Source: Sphyrna mokarran (taxonomy: Eukaryota). From it: a stretch of DNA of 64,000 nt. The stretch lies in assembly GCA_024679065.1 (NCBI GenBank), contig JAGIQG010000009.1:58466001-58530000 (forward strand), in the 5' to 3' direction. A program made the position numbers and the translations under genes. Positions 1-14,070 of the stretch are shown here, piece by piece (position 1 is the stretch's first letter; each line of letters opens with the position of its first letter). The notes under the pieces are model-generated. The model was not told the DNA's origin. It was given only the letters and a program-made list of their open reading frames with translations, and did no database searches.

Positions 1-737
1 TTAGTTTGCAGGACAGCTAAATTGGAAGAATCCCGATCTCCAATGACAGATCTAGCCCTCCAGCTTCCATTAGAAATGGGCTGGATAGACAAACATCAAC
101 AGTAATCAGTGGTGTCATAGATTGCAGGGTTCAGGTATCAGATTACCAACTCTGCATCACACAGTGGACTTGATTCTGAATTCCGTTGGCAGGCATGTCA
201 GCTTGGCATCATCTCAACCCTAAGGAGAACATTTAGTCAAGCAATGTATTTATAATTTATAACTATGCATACACACAATCAGCATATATGTTTTACGAAA
301 CGTGACCTATATAAAACCCCATTTCTAAGCTATAACTTAAACCAACCATGTTTTTTATAATGACATCATAGTATTTATAACACAATAAAATAGTCAGTAT
401 ATATGTTATAACAGTAATTGTTGCATGAAAGGAACCAGGGAGTTGAATTTCCATAGGGCTTCTCATGATTTTTCACCTCAACTTTGAAGAAGATCCACAG
501 GATTGCAGTGAGGAGGTGTATATGATATTTACATTGTTTCTCCTGAGTTTCTGTGGACCTTCTTTTGAAGTTATGCCAAGAATTGTTGCAGAAATCAAAT
601 CCCCAAGTTATTCGGTTAAATGTAGTCCATTGATTAATCATCTTCACATCTGATACAAGGTACACTTCTGAATTACAAAGCTTTTAACAATTGATAATTA
701 CCATAAAATCAATCCAATCTACTCATATCTCCTGTGC

Positions 738-925
738 ATTCAGCTGCCTGTGGCTCACATCCTGAAATTCCCTCTCTGAACCCCTAATCCTCTCCACATC
801 CCTTTACTGTTTCAAAACCTTAGTCTTTGATCATCCCTCTTAATATCTATGGGCCTGGCATCCATATTTCCTCATTTTTAGGGCATGTTCCACATAAAAG
901 TTGCAACACAAATGCAAGCTTTACT
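738..925 (+). mobile_element. Decayed L2-type LINE 3' tail
   Basis: ttcagctgcc...ctgaaattccctctctgaacccct...ctttgatc resembles the L2 tail at 63730-63960 in this window. Boundaries approximate. Confidence 0.4.
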
Positions 926-1004
926 TTATCTGATTATCTAATAGCATGACATAAAAACAACCAACACCAGAGATAAGTTGTACTTATATAGAACTCTTCC
1001 TCAA

Positions 1005-1205
1005 GGGGGACCTAGTAAACGATTTTCAAATTATGAAAGTGCTTGAATCGTAGATTTAGAAAGATTTTTCATTTGTTGGGAAGAACAAAGCCAAGGGTAG
1101 CAAATATATGATGGACACCAATAAGTTCAGTAGGGAACTCCGATGGAATTTTTTTACCCAGAGGGTGATGAGAAGGCGGAAACCACTGCCACAGGGAATA
1201 GCTGT
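1005..1205 (+). mobile_element. CR1 LINE 3' ORF2 fragment
   Basis: aggggga cctagta...ttcaaattatgaaag (RGDL..F.IMK) and tttttacccagagggtgatgaga (FFTQRVM) are typical of the CR1 C-terminus. Confidence 0.65.
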
Positions 1206-2609
1206 CCTATCAAATTGGTCTCACTCATTCTGAGGTCTTGCCATTAAATCTAAGACGACCTCCATGTTCCCAGGATAACAAATATATTCTCTTTCTGCTT
1301 CCCACCTCTGTGTCCCAGTAAATGTTGGGGCCTGACCAATTCTCTGTGGTCCTATGTAAATGTGGCCTGCTACTAGCACCAAGAGCATTTAGGCTTAAAT
1401 GTTACATTCCTCAACTGCTTACACAATATAATGATCTAAAGCAGTGAATTCAATGTGCATATGACCTATTCTTGTTCTATGTTTCCAAATGTTCCCAAAA
1501 CATCATTTGAGGCATTACCCAGACTCTTTAAATGCATAATCTCACCAGAGCTGAGTACTGCCTCTACGCTGCAGAAGATCGAAATCTAAAAGCATTGCTC
1601 TATAACGCAAACTGAACTGCTCTCAGCAAGATGTAACCGCTTTCTCGTTTTCAAATAATAATAATTTCAAACAGATCTGAGTTTTTGGAAGTTGCAACTG
1701 AAATCAGGGGTGTGCAACATCAGTGCTTTGAAACATCCAAATTCATTCTAAAAAGAGGTTGTGTGATACTGTAAGATTACAGTAAGGATCCCTTGCTTTT
1801 AGCTGACTTTTCGGTGTTCAAGTTAAAAGAAAATCAGGTGCCTTTTGTGAAGTCTCCTCCCCGACTTTATCAATACATAATTCATTGCTGGAAAGGGAAT
1901 GATTTCATCTCAAGGGTCTGATGTTAGTACTTAAGCCAATACTTTGATCTCCTCATATTCTCACAGATTTAACAAGTCCACATATTCCAATCACGTGGTG
2001 TTAGTCCCTAGTCATTTCACTGTCTTTATGTTTGAATTCATGTGCATTCCAGCAAATACTTGGCAACATTTACGTGCAGAAACAGAGTGTTCACATGAAA
2101 CGACAGTGGTCATTCTGTGAGCTGCTGTCTGCAAGTGATAGATTACTGCTTTGGAGCAAAGGGTTTACTTGTTCATCAAAAATCCTATATGAAAAGGCAA
2201 GCTGTTATTTAGGTCTTCTGATTTCAGAGGTTAACCCAATAAATCCTCATAATTATCCCCTGAAAGGCTAATTTTAAAATTTGGGTTGTACCATAAGCTT
2301 CTGTACCAAGTTGACTGAGGTCAACAGAGGTGGAGGTCAGGACAGCACAACCCACTGGCACTAAAATTTCATGGTGTGAAGTCTTAGGAAAGAACAATTT
2401 ATAGCAAGAAAAAGCATGTTTGATCTTGATAACATCACAGGCAACAAGAAAAGGATATAGATAGCACATTTAAAGTTGGGGAGAATGAGAGAGAGAGGAT
2501 TTGAGCATTAAGCTTAGGAATAGCAAGGAATTTGCTAATAACAGTAAAATTGAGGAAAATGAGATAGGTTGAGAACAATTGTTGTGCAACCAATAAGACT
2601 CACTCACAA

Positions 2610-3230
2610 GGGTGGTTCACTTAGTAGCACTCTCATCTCGGAGTCAGAAGGTGATGAGTTCAAGTCCTGCTCCAAAGACTTGTGAGCACAAAAGTCAAAG
2701 CTCACGGTTCAATGCAGTACTGAGAAAGTGCTGCATTGCTGAAGTATTGGTCAGAATTCTCTGGCCATTCATATCAATGGAATTCTCTGGTCCCACCCAT
2801 GGTTTTCCGCCCTCGTGGGATGATATCAATAGGAATTTCCATTGACAGTGGTGGGATCAGAGAATCCCATTACTTGCCAACCATGCGCCACCTCCACCAG
2901 CGGGAAACACGTGGCTGGGAGGCTGGAGAATCCTGGCTGTCACCTTTCAGATGAGATCTGATCGCCCTCTCAAATGTTTTTTTAAAAACTTTCAGGTAGA
3001 AATATTATCATGGAGGTCCTGATCAATATTTACTGCTCAGTCAAAATCACAAAAGCAAATTATCCAGTCATTCACACATTACTGTTTATTAGAGCTTGGT
3101 GCATATAAATTGGCTACTGTGTATCTGCATTACAACATTGATTATACTTCAAAGGTATTTATACATTAGCTACAAAGAGCTTTGATGTGTCTCAACTGAA
3201 TTCATGAAAGGTGCTATATAATTTCAAGTC
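2610..3230 (+). mobile_element. tRNA-derived Deu-domain SINE (SacSINE1/AmnSINE-like), split by a MITE
   Basis: Pol III A/B-box head (tagtagcactc...gagttcaagtcc), Deu-like core (gtgctgcattgctgaagt / ctttcagatgaga; gtcctgatcaatatttac...ttatccagtcatt) and tail catgaaaggtgctatataa. Confidence 0.75.
2749..2938 (+). mobile_element. Harbinger-type MITE, local family A
   Basis: Imperfect TIRs ggtcagaattctc / gagaatcctggct. Internal aataggaatttccattgacagtggtgggatcagagaatccc is shared with six other copies in the window. Confidence 0.7.
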
Positions 3231-3344
3231 ATTTGGATGTTAATCTTTATTCATTGTTGCATATGCATGTTTAATGGATTTCATTTCATTTGAAAGCAAA
3301 ATATTGAACTCCAGAAAAAATATAAAAGAGTTAGTTGATCCAAT

Positions 3345-3463
3345 GGCCAGAATTTTCCAGCTACACTCTCTCCAAAACCGGAAAATCTTGAGGTCAACAG
3401 GCGTTTGCATGCTCTGCCCCCCCCACCCGCTACAATTCCCATGGCAGGCAAGACAGGCAATCC
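3345..3463 (+). mobile_element. Harbinger-type MITE, local family B
   Basis: ggccagaattttccag...ccaaaaccggaaaatc...gaggtcaac...cacccgctacaattccc matches the copies at 34212, 37980 and 58176. Confidence 0.65.
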
Positions 3464-4269
3464 CATTATCTGAGTAAGTTGGTAACCACAAAGATCAGTG
3501 AACTACAAATTGTTAAATATGCAAAGTGTCAAAATTTTCATTTAAGAATAATTAATTTCTGTGAGGATTAAATCCCACAAACAGGAGTCCGCAGCAGATC
3601 ATGATAGTCAGCATATGCACACAGGCTATTTCTCAGTGGCCAGTTACAGACATTTCAATCAGGTAACTTATTTCAACCAGTGCTCTGTCTCGTGTTGACA
3701 CTGAAGGCAATCTGGCCCTGAATGGTAAAAGAACAGGCCATGTGTGTCACTTGAAAACAAAATAATTAAAGTTCTTGACCGTGGGCAAAATGCACACAGC
3801 TGGGATCCTGGTTTCACTGAGAGCAGCAGCCAGCTTCTTCTGAGACAGGATTTGAAAAAAAAAAGTTTAAGTGTTCAGAGTGGTTTTAAAGGTTGGTTTG
3901 AAATGGTTTCAATGTCATTCAAGTAAAAAAAAACTCATGTCTGGGTGGTCTTTGGCTACAGGGACATCAGCATTGGTCTGAAAACTGGCCTCGTATCATC
4001 CCCTAAACTACAGCCATCAGGCAGGTTACACAATAGGCAATAATTATAAACAAAAATAAAGCTTATTCAAAGTCCCCTTTAAAAAAGCTCTTAAGAAAAC
4101 ATTAAGCAGAGTTTGAAGTACAGGGGTGTTTGAACATTAAGTAAAAATTGAAGTAGAGGGTGATGAGGAGCAGATAGAAAAGTAGAGTTGAGGTCATACT
4201 AGAACAGCTAGGTTCTCACCAAATGGCACAGCGAGTGTGATGGGCTAAATGGCCTACTTCTGCACCAGT

Positions 4270-4641
4270 TGATCATGTAGCTCATCCATTGTCTACACTT
4301 TCCACTACCTCAGCAAAGCAGCCTGCATAATTAAGGACCCCACAAGTCCCAGACATACTCTCTTCCATCATCTACTGTCCGGAAAAAGATACAAAAGTCT
4401 AAGGTTACACACCAATCGACTCAAGAACAGTTTCTTCTCTGCTGCCATCAGACATTTGAATGGACATACCTCGCATTAAGTTTACCTTTCGCTACACCCT
4501 AGATATGATTATAACACTACATTCTGTACTCTCTCGTTTCCTTCTCTATGCATAATATGTTTATATGTATAACTCACAAGAAATAATACTTTTCGCTGTA
4601 TACTAATATATGTGATAACAATAAATTAAATCAAAATCAAA
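4270..4641 (+). mobile_element. Rex1/Babar-type LINE 3' end
   Basis: Translates to ..KAACIIKDPTSPRHTLFHHLLSGKRYKSLRLHTNRLKNSFFSAAIRHLNG and ends in an (aaatc)n-like tail. Confidence 0.75.
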
Positions 4642-6689
4642 TGAAACGCTTAAGACTGAATTATATCTATGGTTACTAAAGTGAATGATGACAGTGCTGT
4701 GATTGGGAAAAGATAAGAGATCATTAAATAATGTGGCTGCCAGGTTGTTAAGTCTGACAACTGGCAAACTGTCAAGTAAAATAACAACATTGTAAAAGTA
4801 AAAAAGTCTTCAGATACATTTGAATTGGTATCTGTTAGATAAAATACTGTTCTACATTGTATAATATGGAAATGCCACCCAGTATCATTTCCAGAGTTAA
4901 GTGTTCATGTTCTCCCCTGACTTTCACTGATTCTTTAAAGAAACTTAGCCATCTGTTTAGCTGTTTGAAAGCATTGACAGGTGTATGTGCTGTTGGCTGT
5001 CCTCAAAGGTTTTAATGGATTCTGCTGTGGACCACAGTTGTAAAAGGGAATATCAGTTTGATGGCTTGGCTAGCTTCCAAAACATCAATGAATTTTGATC
5101 TGCATGTTCTGTTTATGTGGCTGTCCAGAGGAATGTGAGTTGTTTATTCCAACAGAGCTTTATGAGCTTCTGAAAAGGATAATCATTTTCAAGTGCATTT
5201 TCAACTAATGTTTGTTTATCTTGACAGTTTTATGAACTTTTCAAAAGACTTCCAGATGTTAATTGAATTTAGCTATTTATGGTGAATACCAGGAGAATGA
5301 GTTGATGAGGGTGCGCAAAGGTTCAGGAACATTGAGGAGGGTTGAAAAGGAGATAAAGAATTGGTAGGTTGTAAGGGTAGAGGGGTAAAGGGATAAGGGA
5401 CTGGGGGAGAGAAAAGTTGGGGGTGATCTGACTTTACAGTAATTTTCAGAACGGATAGATGTCTCTGCAATGAAAGTTAGTCCTGTTAATGTGGCTCGCT
5501 CAACATTAGCCTGTTTCAGTCTGATGCAGCAGGCCTGACTCCAGGTGGTCTCCACTGGATGAAAATCCCATCACTGGCACTGCCAGGCCAGAGACAGCAC
5601 CATGACCTCAAGGAAATTCCTGACTTTCAATTTCTACCTCCATGATGAAAATCCTTCCCTAACGAATCAACAAAAAAGCACAGCAAGCTTCTGACTTGTT
5701 GTGAGCAATGCCAAGGAAAATTCAACTGCAAGGTGTTAAAAGCGGTACATCAGGTCAGTGAAATCAATGAACCAAGTTCACTTGACAATAAATTCAAAAT
5801 CACCTTACCACAACAAATCAGAAGCATGAAGGGGAAGAGACAAACAAATCAAAAAATGTAGAAACTGAATCAGTCAAATCTCTCAAAAGGTTTATCAAAA
5901 ACTGTTGTGTAATTATTTTTTTCTCAAATTGTCCTTTGTGTCTTTAAATTTTTGAGTACCTCATTAACGTTGTTTAATTTGAGACTTAAGTCTCTCTCAA
6001 AGGCCTACATTTGAACTTGATATTTTTCCCAGAAACTGTGCCTGCAATTTCCATAATGCTGCAAGCTGAATGCATGCAGAATTCCTCAGCACGTATTTAG
6101 TCTCTGTCGGACTTAAAGTATGTTTCCTCCATCTGTATTAAGATTCCTAATGCTGGAGAATAAATTATAAAAGCTTTTTCATGCAAAAACTTATTAAATG
6201 TTTATTTTACTTTGGAACGAGTAAGAGGTAGAAAATTCAGTAAGAGGCAGAAAAGGATTGATTACATCTGCACACTCAGTTTTCAAAAATTTGCAGTGTA
6301 AACAAAAGTGATGATTTACATAGAGAGACAAAGAAGTTGCAACATGGAGATAAGCCATTTACTGTTTCCCTCATGTGAGCAAATAGTTCTGAACACATTT
6401 ATTCACCTTGTTCCCATACCAACCTATCCAAACTAATACTAAATGGTGACATGTGAGTTATTTCATCCAAACTTACCCATCAGGAAACTGAAATGATAAG
6501 ATCCATTTTACATTACATTTTTACTTTGCATTGAAGTCAATAGAAGAAAATGAATAGGAAAATACAGTAGGGTATAAAACGAGTGATTAATCTGATCCCA
6601 TCAAATTCCTGCCAGGTAGGTTTGGTGAATTACCCTAATAATTTCTGCCACAACCAGCAACACCGGAAGTGAATTCCACATCATCACTG

Positions 6690-7990
6690 CTCTCCATGTA
6701 AATAAGTTTCTCCTGTCCCCATTCTTGACTTGCCAACTATTAGAAACAGTCTGCTTCTATTTGTCTTATTCCACCATTTCATGATTGCAAACACATATAT
6801 CACATTGCATATGATCAAAACTGATCTACAAAGCAAGGTCCAATTTTCCAAGTCTTCCTTCAGATTTATATTTATATAGTGAATTTGTGTTGTGCCCTCT
6901 TAGAAACCTCAATATACTTCTTAAAGTATCGAGTCCAATACTTACACAATACTCTCAGGTTTTGTTATGATATCGTATCAACTCATGATTACCCTTCAGC
7001 TTTTAAAATCCAGAATTCCAACTGCTTTTTTAAATATCCTTAATTAACTGGAGAAGCTGCCTTCAACTGTATCCCCAGACCCTATTGCTCTCTCACAGCA
7101 CAATGCTATTCCCATTAAGTGTTTTATTTGTGCTTTTTTTTCAAACAATAAAATGCATTATTTCAAGCTTAATTTTTTTATTGCTTCATGGGATATGGAT
7201 GTCTTGGCTAGGTTAACATTTATTGCCCATTCCAAATTGCCCTTGAACTGAGTGACTTGATAGGCCAGTGCAGAGGTCATTTAAAAGTCAACCTCATTGG
7301 GCCTGGAGTCATGCCTCAGCCAGATCAGGTAAAGATATTTCCTTCGCTAAAGGATATTCGTGAACCAAATGAGTTAAACTTCCAGATTTTTATTGAATTC
7401 AAATTTCACCATTTGCCGTGGTGGGATTTGAATTTGGGTCTCCAGAGCATTACACTGGGTCTCTGGATTACTAGTCCAGACAACACCACTGCCTCTTTCC
7501 TTCTGGAATGTTATGCTACTTATTAGCTTTTAAGAAATTTACTGAAGCTATTATTCTGGTACCATCAACAAATGTTGCAACCATTCCCCCTAGTCCTGTA
7601 TCCAAATAGCTGATATACATATTATATTTAAGTGGTCCCAGAACATAACCCTATGGAGCATCACAACCCACTTCCAGCCACTCAAAAAAATTACCCTTGA
7701 TTCCAACTCTCTGTTTCTCCCTTTTAATGATTTCTAAATTTAATTAAATTTGCTATCTTCCCTTTAATTCCACGCAATTTAGATCCGTGTGATTCCTTGA
7801 CAGAGGTTTTCCTAAAGTCCATTTTTGCTACATCTACCACTTTTTTATAGTTCCTCAAAGAATTTGTCAAGCACAAGCATATCTTTTGAAACTTTTGCTG
7901 GGAACTGCTAACAATTTCTGTATATCTAGGCACATGGTCATTTCATAATTAAAGACTCAATGTTTTTCCCAACCACAGATATTAAGCTAA
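6690..7990 (-). mobile_element. Highly decayed CR1 ORF2, interrupted by a SINE
   Basis: Minus-strand VDVAKMDFRKTS (ORF 7724-7933) resembles the CR1 VDVVYMDFQKAF motif. Other CR1-like patches lie at 6900-7080 and 7550-7700. Confidence 0.55.
7172..7495 (-). mobile_element. tRNA-headed SINE with a gggcaataaatgctggc-type tail
   Basis: Reverse complement of the element at 18490-18768 (catttattgcccat, gggatttgaa B-box). Confidence 0.65.
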
Positions 7991-8574
7991 CTCAGTTGTA
8001 ATTACTATTTTTACTAAAAATGCAAAGCAATCATTGTTTACGTGAACAACTTTATGTTTGAAATGTTGAACTTGGGGCAGATTCATCCCAAAAATTGGCA
8101 AATTCTGATTTTGAGTAAAGTGGCATTTGACCCACTGGCACCAATGAAAGCTTTTCCTGCCATGTTGTACAGCACTTTGATGAAAAAATGCAGAGGCAGA
8201 GGTTTCATTTAGACTTCCTGGCGGAGTCTGGGGGATGCTGAGCCCCCTCTCCAATCTCTGCAAGGAGTAGGAAGTTCCTGGAGAGTCCTGGCCAGCAAAT
8301 GGATGCCCAGTGTTCAATTTGATAGATGTATGATGAAAACCCCACCCATATTCACCCTCACACCATACAATGGAGTGGCGGCAGCTTCAACCACTCAATT
8401 GTATCCTGAGCTCTCAGCACAAGTGTTAGCTTGACCTGCACTCTTAGACTGAGCAGTTTGCTTGGACTATAAGGGTTTATGTTCAATACCTATATAACTA
8501 TAATGTTGCATGTTCAGAATCCACCCTCAGTGAATAATCCATCCCAACCTGTTACAAGAGGCTGCTGAAGAGGC

Positions 8575-8692
8575 TGAATGTCAGGGTAAATCTGTGGGAT
8601 TATAGGAATAGGGTGTGGGTGGAATTGTGGTCGGTATGGACTCAATGGGCCAAATGGTATCTTTCAGCACTGTAGGAATTCTATGATTCTAT
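8575..8692 (+). mobile_element. HE1-type SINE 3' part
   Basis: gactcaatgggccaaatgg...gcactgtaggaattctatgattctat, the same tail as 59215-59265. Confidence 0.65.
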
Positions 8693-10532
8693 AATCAGCC
8701 TGTCACAGGGTTTTGATGTTTCTCCATACTTACAAAAGATTTGAAAAAAGAATAATTTCTTTCAAATGTCAAATATTTTTTCACTAAAACTATTATTTAC
8801 TATTTTTGCTCAAGAGAAAATGAAAACAACAAAAGCAGATGATTTGCAGCAAGCATACTTTAATTTGACCTTTGAAATAGGTAATGTCAATGAGCGAAAT
8901 TTTGGTTCCAGCACAAAAACGGAATGATTCCCATTGATGACACTAGCGCGTTTTCTGGCCAAATTTTATAACTCATTCGTAATAAAGGTGGCGTGTTCCC
9001 TCTGACTCACCAACCCTGCAATGGTTTAACTGCCTAAAGCACTGGGGAGCTCCATAGAGATGGTTCCCCAGCACTTTTTCCAAAATGACTGCAGGAGATA
9101 GCAGCAAGAAGATAGAACCGTGCTTTCTGGAGGCCCTCACAGGTTGCTGGATGGAGTGGAGCTGAGGCAGGGCACAGTCTACCCTCAGTCCAGGAAACAA
9201 CCTTCCAGCATGCACTGCCGTTACCGTAGACGGAGACTGCGGGCTCAAAATCAACCCCCAACTCTGTGAAAAGATTTCTGCAGCGTGCTGGGTATGGTCA
9301 GAGTGCATTGATACCAAACAATTCAAGTGCAACTTTTATTCTTTTACTTTTTATATCATGAGCTACAGGTCGAAATTGATTTCAGAATAATAGCAATTTA
9401 AATTTATGACCTTAAAATATCATCATCATAAATTCAGATCCGCCAGAGCAGCAGAATAATATATGCGGATTGCACTGTATGACTTTCTTACTTTTAATGT
9501 TACATCATCCAGCTTATCACAAAATGGTCCACAGGAGATCAGGTAGTCAAAAGAAAAGATACAACTATTGGAAAAGACATTTCAATTTAAGTCCTTTGTC
9601 AAGGTCCACTTGGAAAATTAAGCTGTCTTTTCCTAACCAGATACTGATGGATTTATTACGTACTTGCAGCATTTTAATTTGTTATTTCCCCCATTCCCAG
9701 CTAAGCCATCTACTGATCTCAGATACTTGGCTGGCGTTGGAATGTGGTTTACCCCTTTCCAACTGCAGTATTGATCTTGATAAATTAAGTTGCACACAAT
9801 TAAGGGAGAAATTGAGGCATTGCTGTTACAAAGCAAATGGGAGAAAGTAATAAGCATGCCTTTAAAGCAAACATCTTCATGAAATCCTAACTAAACTACT
9901 ATTCTCTTCCACCTAAGTAAGGCACCGAACATCAGAACAATCTGCAAAGGTTCTTCACAGATAACAGATATGGTTCATTCATGTCAAACTCTCATTACAT
10001 AATATAAATTGAGAAAATGGAACATCAGGTAAAAACAACGTATTATTCTACTAACCACATACTGAACCTATAAATCAGCAGATAAAAAAGCTAGAACTAA
10101 CTGGGGGAAGGGCAGAGCAGATGCTTTGAATTCTTAAAGAATTTTGCATAGCCATGCTATGTAAAATAAAAACTCTCCAACTGTAATCTCTAATGATACT
10201 TTATCATGTGAAGTAAAACATTTATACATTATTATTATACATAGATGATCCTTTACAGCTATCTTACCTAATTGCTCCAATTTTTAATAGTGAATTTGAA
10301 TTCCCCTGTTCAACACATAGAGTTTTCTTAAAGTTAATTCAGTGATTCTCTGTCAAAGTCTGGTGCAGTTTATTCCTCATTTATCTTTCCTCCTCTCCCT
10401 TTGTAAACATCCCATCTAATATGGTAATCTACAGACATGAGCAGATTTCAAATACATTGCTACTCTCCAGGTATGAATCTGGGCGTTGAACATCATTCTC
10501 CAGCAACACGTCAACTTCCATCACGACAAAAA

Positions 10533-10712
10533 GGGTGAGATTTTCTGTCCATCCTGTGTTTTCTGACAGCGGAGGCAGGTTGCCATTGCCCAGCAGCAGG
10601 ATCTTCCAGTCCCACCAGTGTCTATAGTGATGTGGCTTGCTCACCCCCTGTAGGGGGTTGCCTCTGCAGGACTAGAAGATTCTGCAGCTGGAAGGGCCGG
10701 CAAATCTCTCCC
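10533..10712 (-). mobile_element. MITE family A copy
   Basis: gggtgagattttctg...gcggaggcaggttgccattg...ggatcttccagtccc...ggcaaatctctccc is the reverse of family A. Confidence 0.6.
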
Positions 10713-13700
10713 ACTGAACAATGATCAGGACCCCGAACCCAGGTTAATTTTTTTCCCCTTTCCCACAATAAAGGTATCAACACTTATTTATAGCGCTCTA
10801 CCTGAGACCAGCTAACTCAATTTATCTAGGAGTTAAACTACAGACTTTTCTGATCTGTACAGCTTAGGATCATACTGGTTGGATGATTTTCTATCAAACG
10901 AGCAAGCATGAGAATTAAAAATCAAAGCAATGGCTCATTGGATTTCTAAAAATCATACGTGTAGTGAAAATAAATTGCTGTGAGGCTGAATTACAACAGG
11001 TCCGTAATATTTATAAATTGAAACAAGGAACTGGCATTGGATAATTGATGCACAACCTTTCACAAAGAATCCCAACAAAGCAGACCCTAACCTAGAGAAA
11101 AAAAATGTGCAACACAACAGTAAGTTTTGGTGGTTTAATTCCTAAACTTGAAAATAACATAAATTGCAGTTCGAAGCATCTGATTGTAATAATATTAGGA
11201 CTCAAGAGAACTATAAAGTTTTCATCCAAGTTATGGGGCAATTAACTCCAAACACCTTCAGTCACGATATCCAAAGGCAGCCAAATCCTTTCTCACAGAT
11301 AGTTGAAGTTTGCCTCTGTGAATGAAGTCTTTAACTGCAACAACTTAGCTTTTTGTGAAGTTTGTCCGCATGCAGGTCTCAATGTTTGACCAATGGACCA
11401 GTGTTTGCAGGTGACCATTTTCTAAGCCAAATAAATTTAATAAGATGAATTTAAAAAGTTCAATAGGGCACATTTGTATTGGGGTGTTGAGGCTTATTTT
11501 GGTGCTTGAGTTGTCGCCCTACTGTTTTTGGCAGAAATCTAATTTTCCTCAGCATTCCTGACCTCCACCTCACGTTCATCTAACCTTTTTGTGGGTCAGG
11601 AATATTTAGTGTGACCTGAGGTTCAGGTTCTTCATTTTAAATGGAGATGAAAATTGTATTTCCTCCTCACACCATTTTCATTTAACGGTGCAGGATTTTG
11701 GAAGCCCATTAAAAGAACCCCAGGTTCAAGGGTTCGTGAAGAAAATGGAATGTCTCCTGAGGAGTCTGAACACTGCTTCAATGGTCACTTTTGGGTGCTA
11801 TATTACGATGTAGGTATGTTTTAAATGCAATTATTCATCAGAAGTTTATTTTTTTCCCCAAGGAATACAAAATATTTTCCATTGTATTTGAATGGAATCT
11901 TAGGATTGTACATAATGCTTTCTGGATGAGTGGTTATGCAGGATACATGGGGTGGCATGAACGATCTGAGGGCAATGGGCTGGCACAGGGGCTAGTGGAT
12001 TGAAAGAGGTGAGGGATGAGGGTTGAGGGCTTTTTAATAATATTGGGACCTGGGATATTCTGTTGGAAAACCTCGGCTGGCCGTCTAACTGAGTCATTTT
12101 ACATCCAAGCTCTTCACACACTCCAGATAAGCTCAAGCTACACAGAGCACGATCCTGGTGTGAAAATACAAAAATCCCATTTGATCAGGTATAGAGCTTG
12201 CAGCCATAGAAATGCATAGATTGGGTTTCGCTAAGCCCAGAGTAGCATTCAGGCCAAAAAAGGCAAACAGGGAGGAGGTACTCATTAGTCCCTTAAGCAA
12301 GTATTCCCTATAGCATTCTTAACCATATCAATGTTTACTCAAAAAGGCAGCTGAGGGGTTTATAAACAGCCCCTCAGCCTTGTCCAAGTATTTTTCTTGA
12401 TGGCCATTGGAACTCAACCACACAGATCAGGAACCACCTGGGTCAGGGTTAAGAAAATACCTGGGATTCACACTTCTCATCGCTTTTTAGTAAGTTCTGC
12501 TGAAAGTGCATATTTGTAGGACAGAATCAAGTTCAGTGTAACATCCACTGTGGAAATATAATTGCTTGTGCTCAGTATAGTGACTCTCTCATTAACAATG
12601 TCTGCCCGGAGAAGACTGCAGACAAGGCAAAATCGTACTACAGTAATAGCTAACACTTTAGGAGAAAGGGAGGGAAATAAGGGAAAAAATACAGGAGTTG
12701 TAACTGGTCAGCATCCAAAATAAGTTTAGAATCTGATCAGTAAAGCTGTCAGAGAATCTTGAATGGCGCCACATAGATTCATTTATAGTTGGATAATTAT
12801 GCAGTAAATTATGGGGCAATTACTAAGAGATTTTTCTATTCCAATTTTCTCTCTTCCTCAGTTTTCACAGATCTTGCTCTGCTCCAGTGGTTGGTCCAAA
12901 GAGTGGCAACTTGATTACACAGGACATCGTGCTGTTGTCCAATTATGTCCTCACTCAATGTGCTTTGCAGCAAAGTTCCTGAGTAACAATCAGGAGTTCA
13001 AATTTTGTCTGTTTCTTCCATCCTCATCACCTTAGGCATGGTCACCCCTTCAAACCCCTGCCCCCCACCAACATTTATCAAGGGTCTATAATTCTGGCAG
13101 AATAAGATTTTTAGAAATGAAAACATGGGGGTCTGGCAGAGCAATCCAACCTCCCACTATTTGTATTACAGATCTTCTAAATGAAAAGTTTATTGATGTT
13201 AATCCAACTCCCTTATACTCTTACATCACCAAGTTCTCTCTAAAATAATTTCCATAAGTGCACAGCATTTTAATAATATTTTAAAAATCAACTGAAGAAA
13301 AGAGATGAAGGCCAGAAGGACAGTCATGTTAATCTTAACTAATTGCAACTGATTGTTAAACTTCCAAATGATGAGATTCTAAGGTGGAAAGTCATATGTA
13401 CCACATCCATTTTTGAGTTTAAAATGGGTGCAAAACATCCCAATGTGACAGTGGGACAGCCTGTACCCAGTTGGTGGGGTCTGGCCTGCTCACTCAGAGT
13501 TCTTCATCCGCCCTAAAATAAGCCAACAAACTTTTTAGCAATTCCTTTCTTTAAGAAAAGTCTTCTGCAGGAGCAAGAACAGTCCCTAAGCCATGGGCAT
13601 TGTAATAATTCCCACATCCCTTCATAGCCCATCCCACACAACCGTTCTTGACATTTAACGGAGGACCATGACTGGCAGAACAGGCAAGTTGAAGTACACT

Positions 13701-13799
13701 TGCCAAATTCCCTATGAAGATACAACAGCAGTTCAGCTTTAGTGTGTGGATGAGTCCGACAACCAATTCCTAGTAATTCTCAAGCCTTTAACTTTGTGC

Positions 13800-14070
13800 A
13801 GGTCTCTTTGAACTGTGATCCCATTCTATTAGGCATAAAAGATCACCTGGCACCATCTGACGAATACAAACCCATCAACCAACACAACCAAAGAACAATT
13901 GATTGATAATTTATCTCATTGCTGTTTGTAGATTCTTGCTAGGCATAAATCAATTACCAATCTTTGGCTACAATGAAAAGATGACTTCTCTTCAAAAGCA
14001 ATTCATTACCTGTGAAGACCATTGCAATGTCTTGATAGTATGAAAGGTAACACATAAATGCAAGCTTTTT
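13800..14070 (+). mobile_element. Deu-domain SINE 3' half
   Basis: ttatctcattgctgtttgtagattcttgct...aaatcaattacc...tgaaaggtaacacataaatgcaag matches 3060-3230. Confidence 0.6.

Noticed and set aside
477-667. Minus-strand exon candidate (EVYLVSDVKMINQW...FFKVE)
   Set aside because: Splice signals are only moderate, the peptide is unrecognised, and the phase does not join the 26657 candidate directly.
11693-11812. Plus-strand exon-like segment (cag...gtatgt)
   Set aside because: It lies within what appears to be a decayed DNA-transposon-like repeat (~11480-12240).
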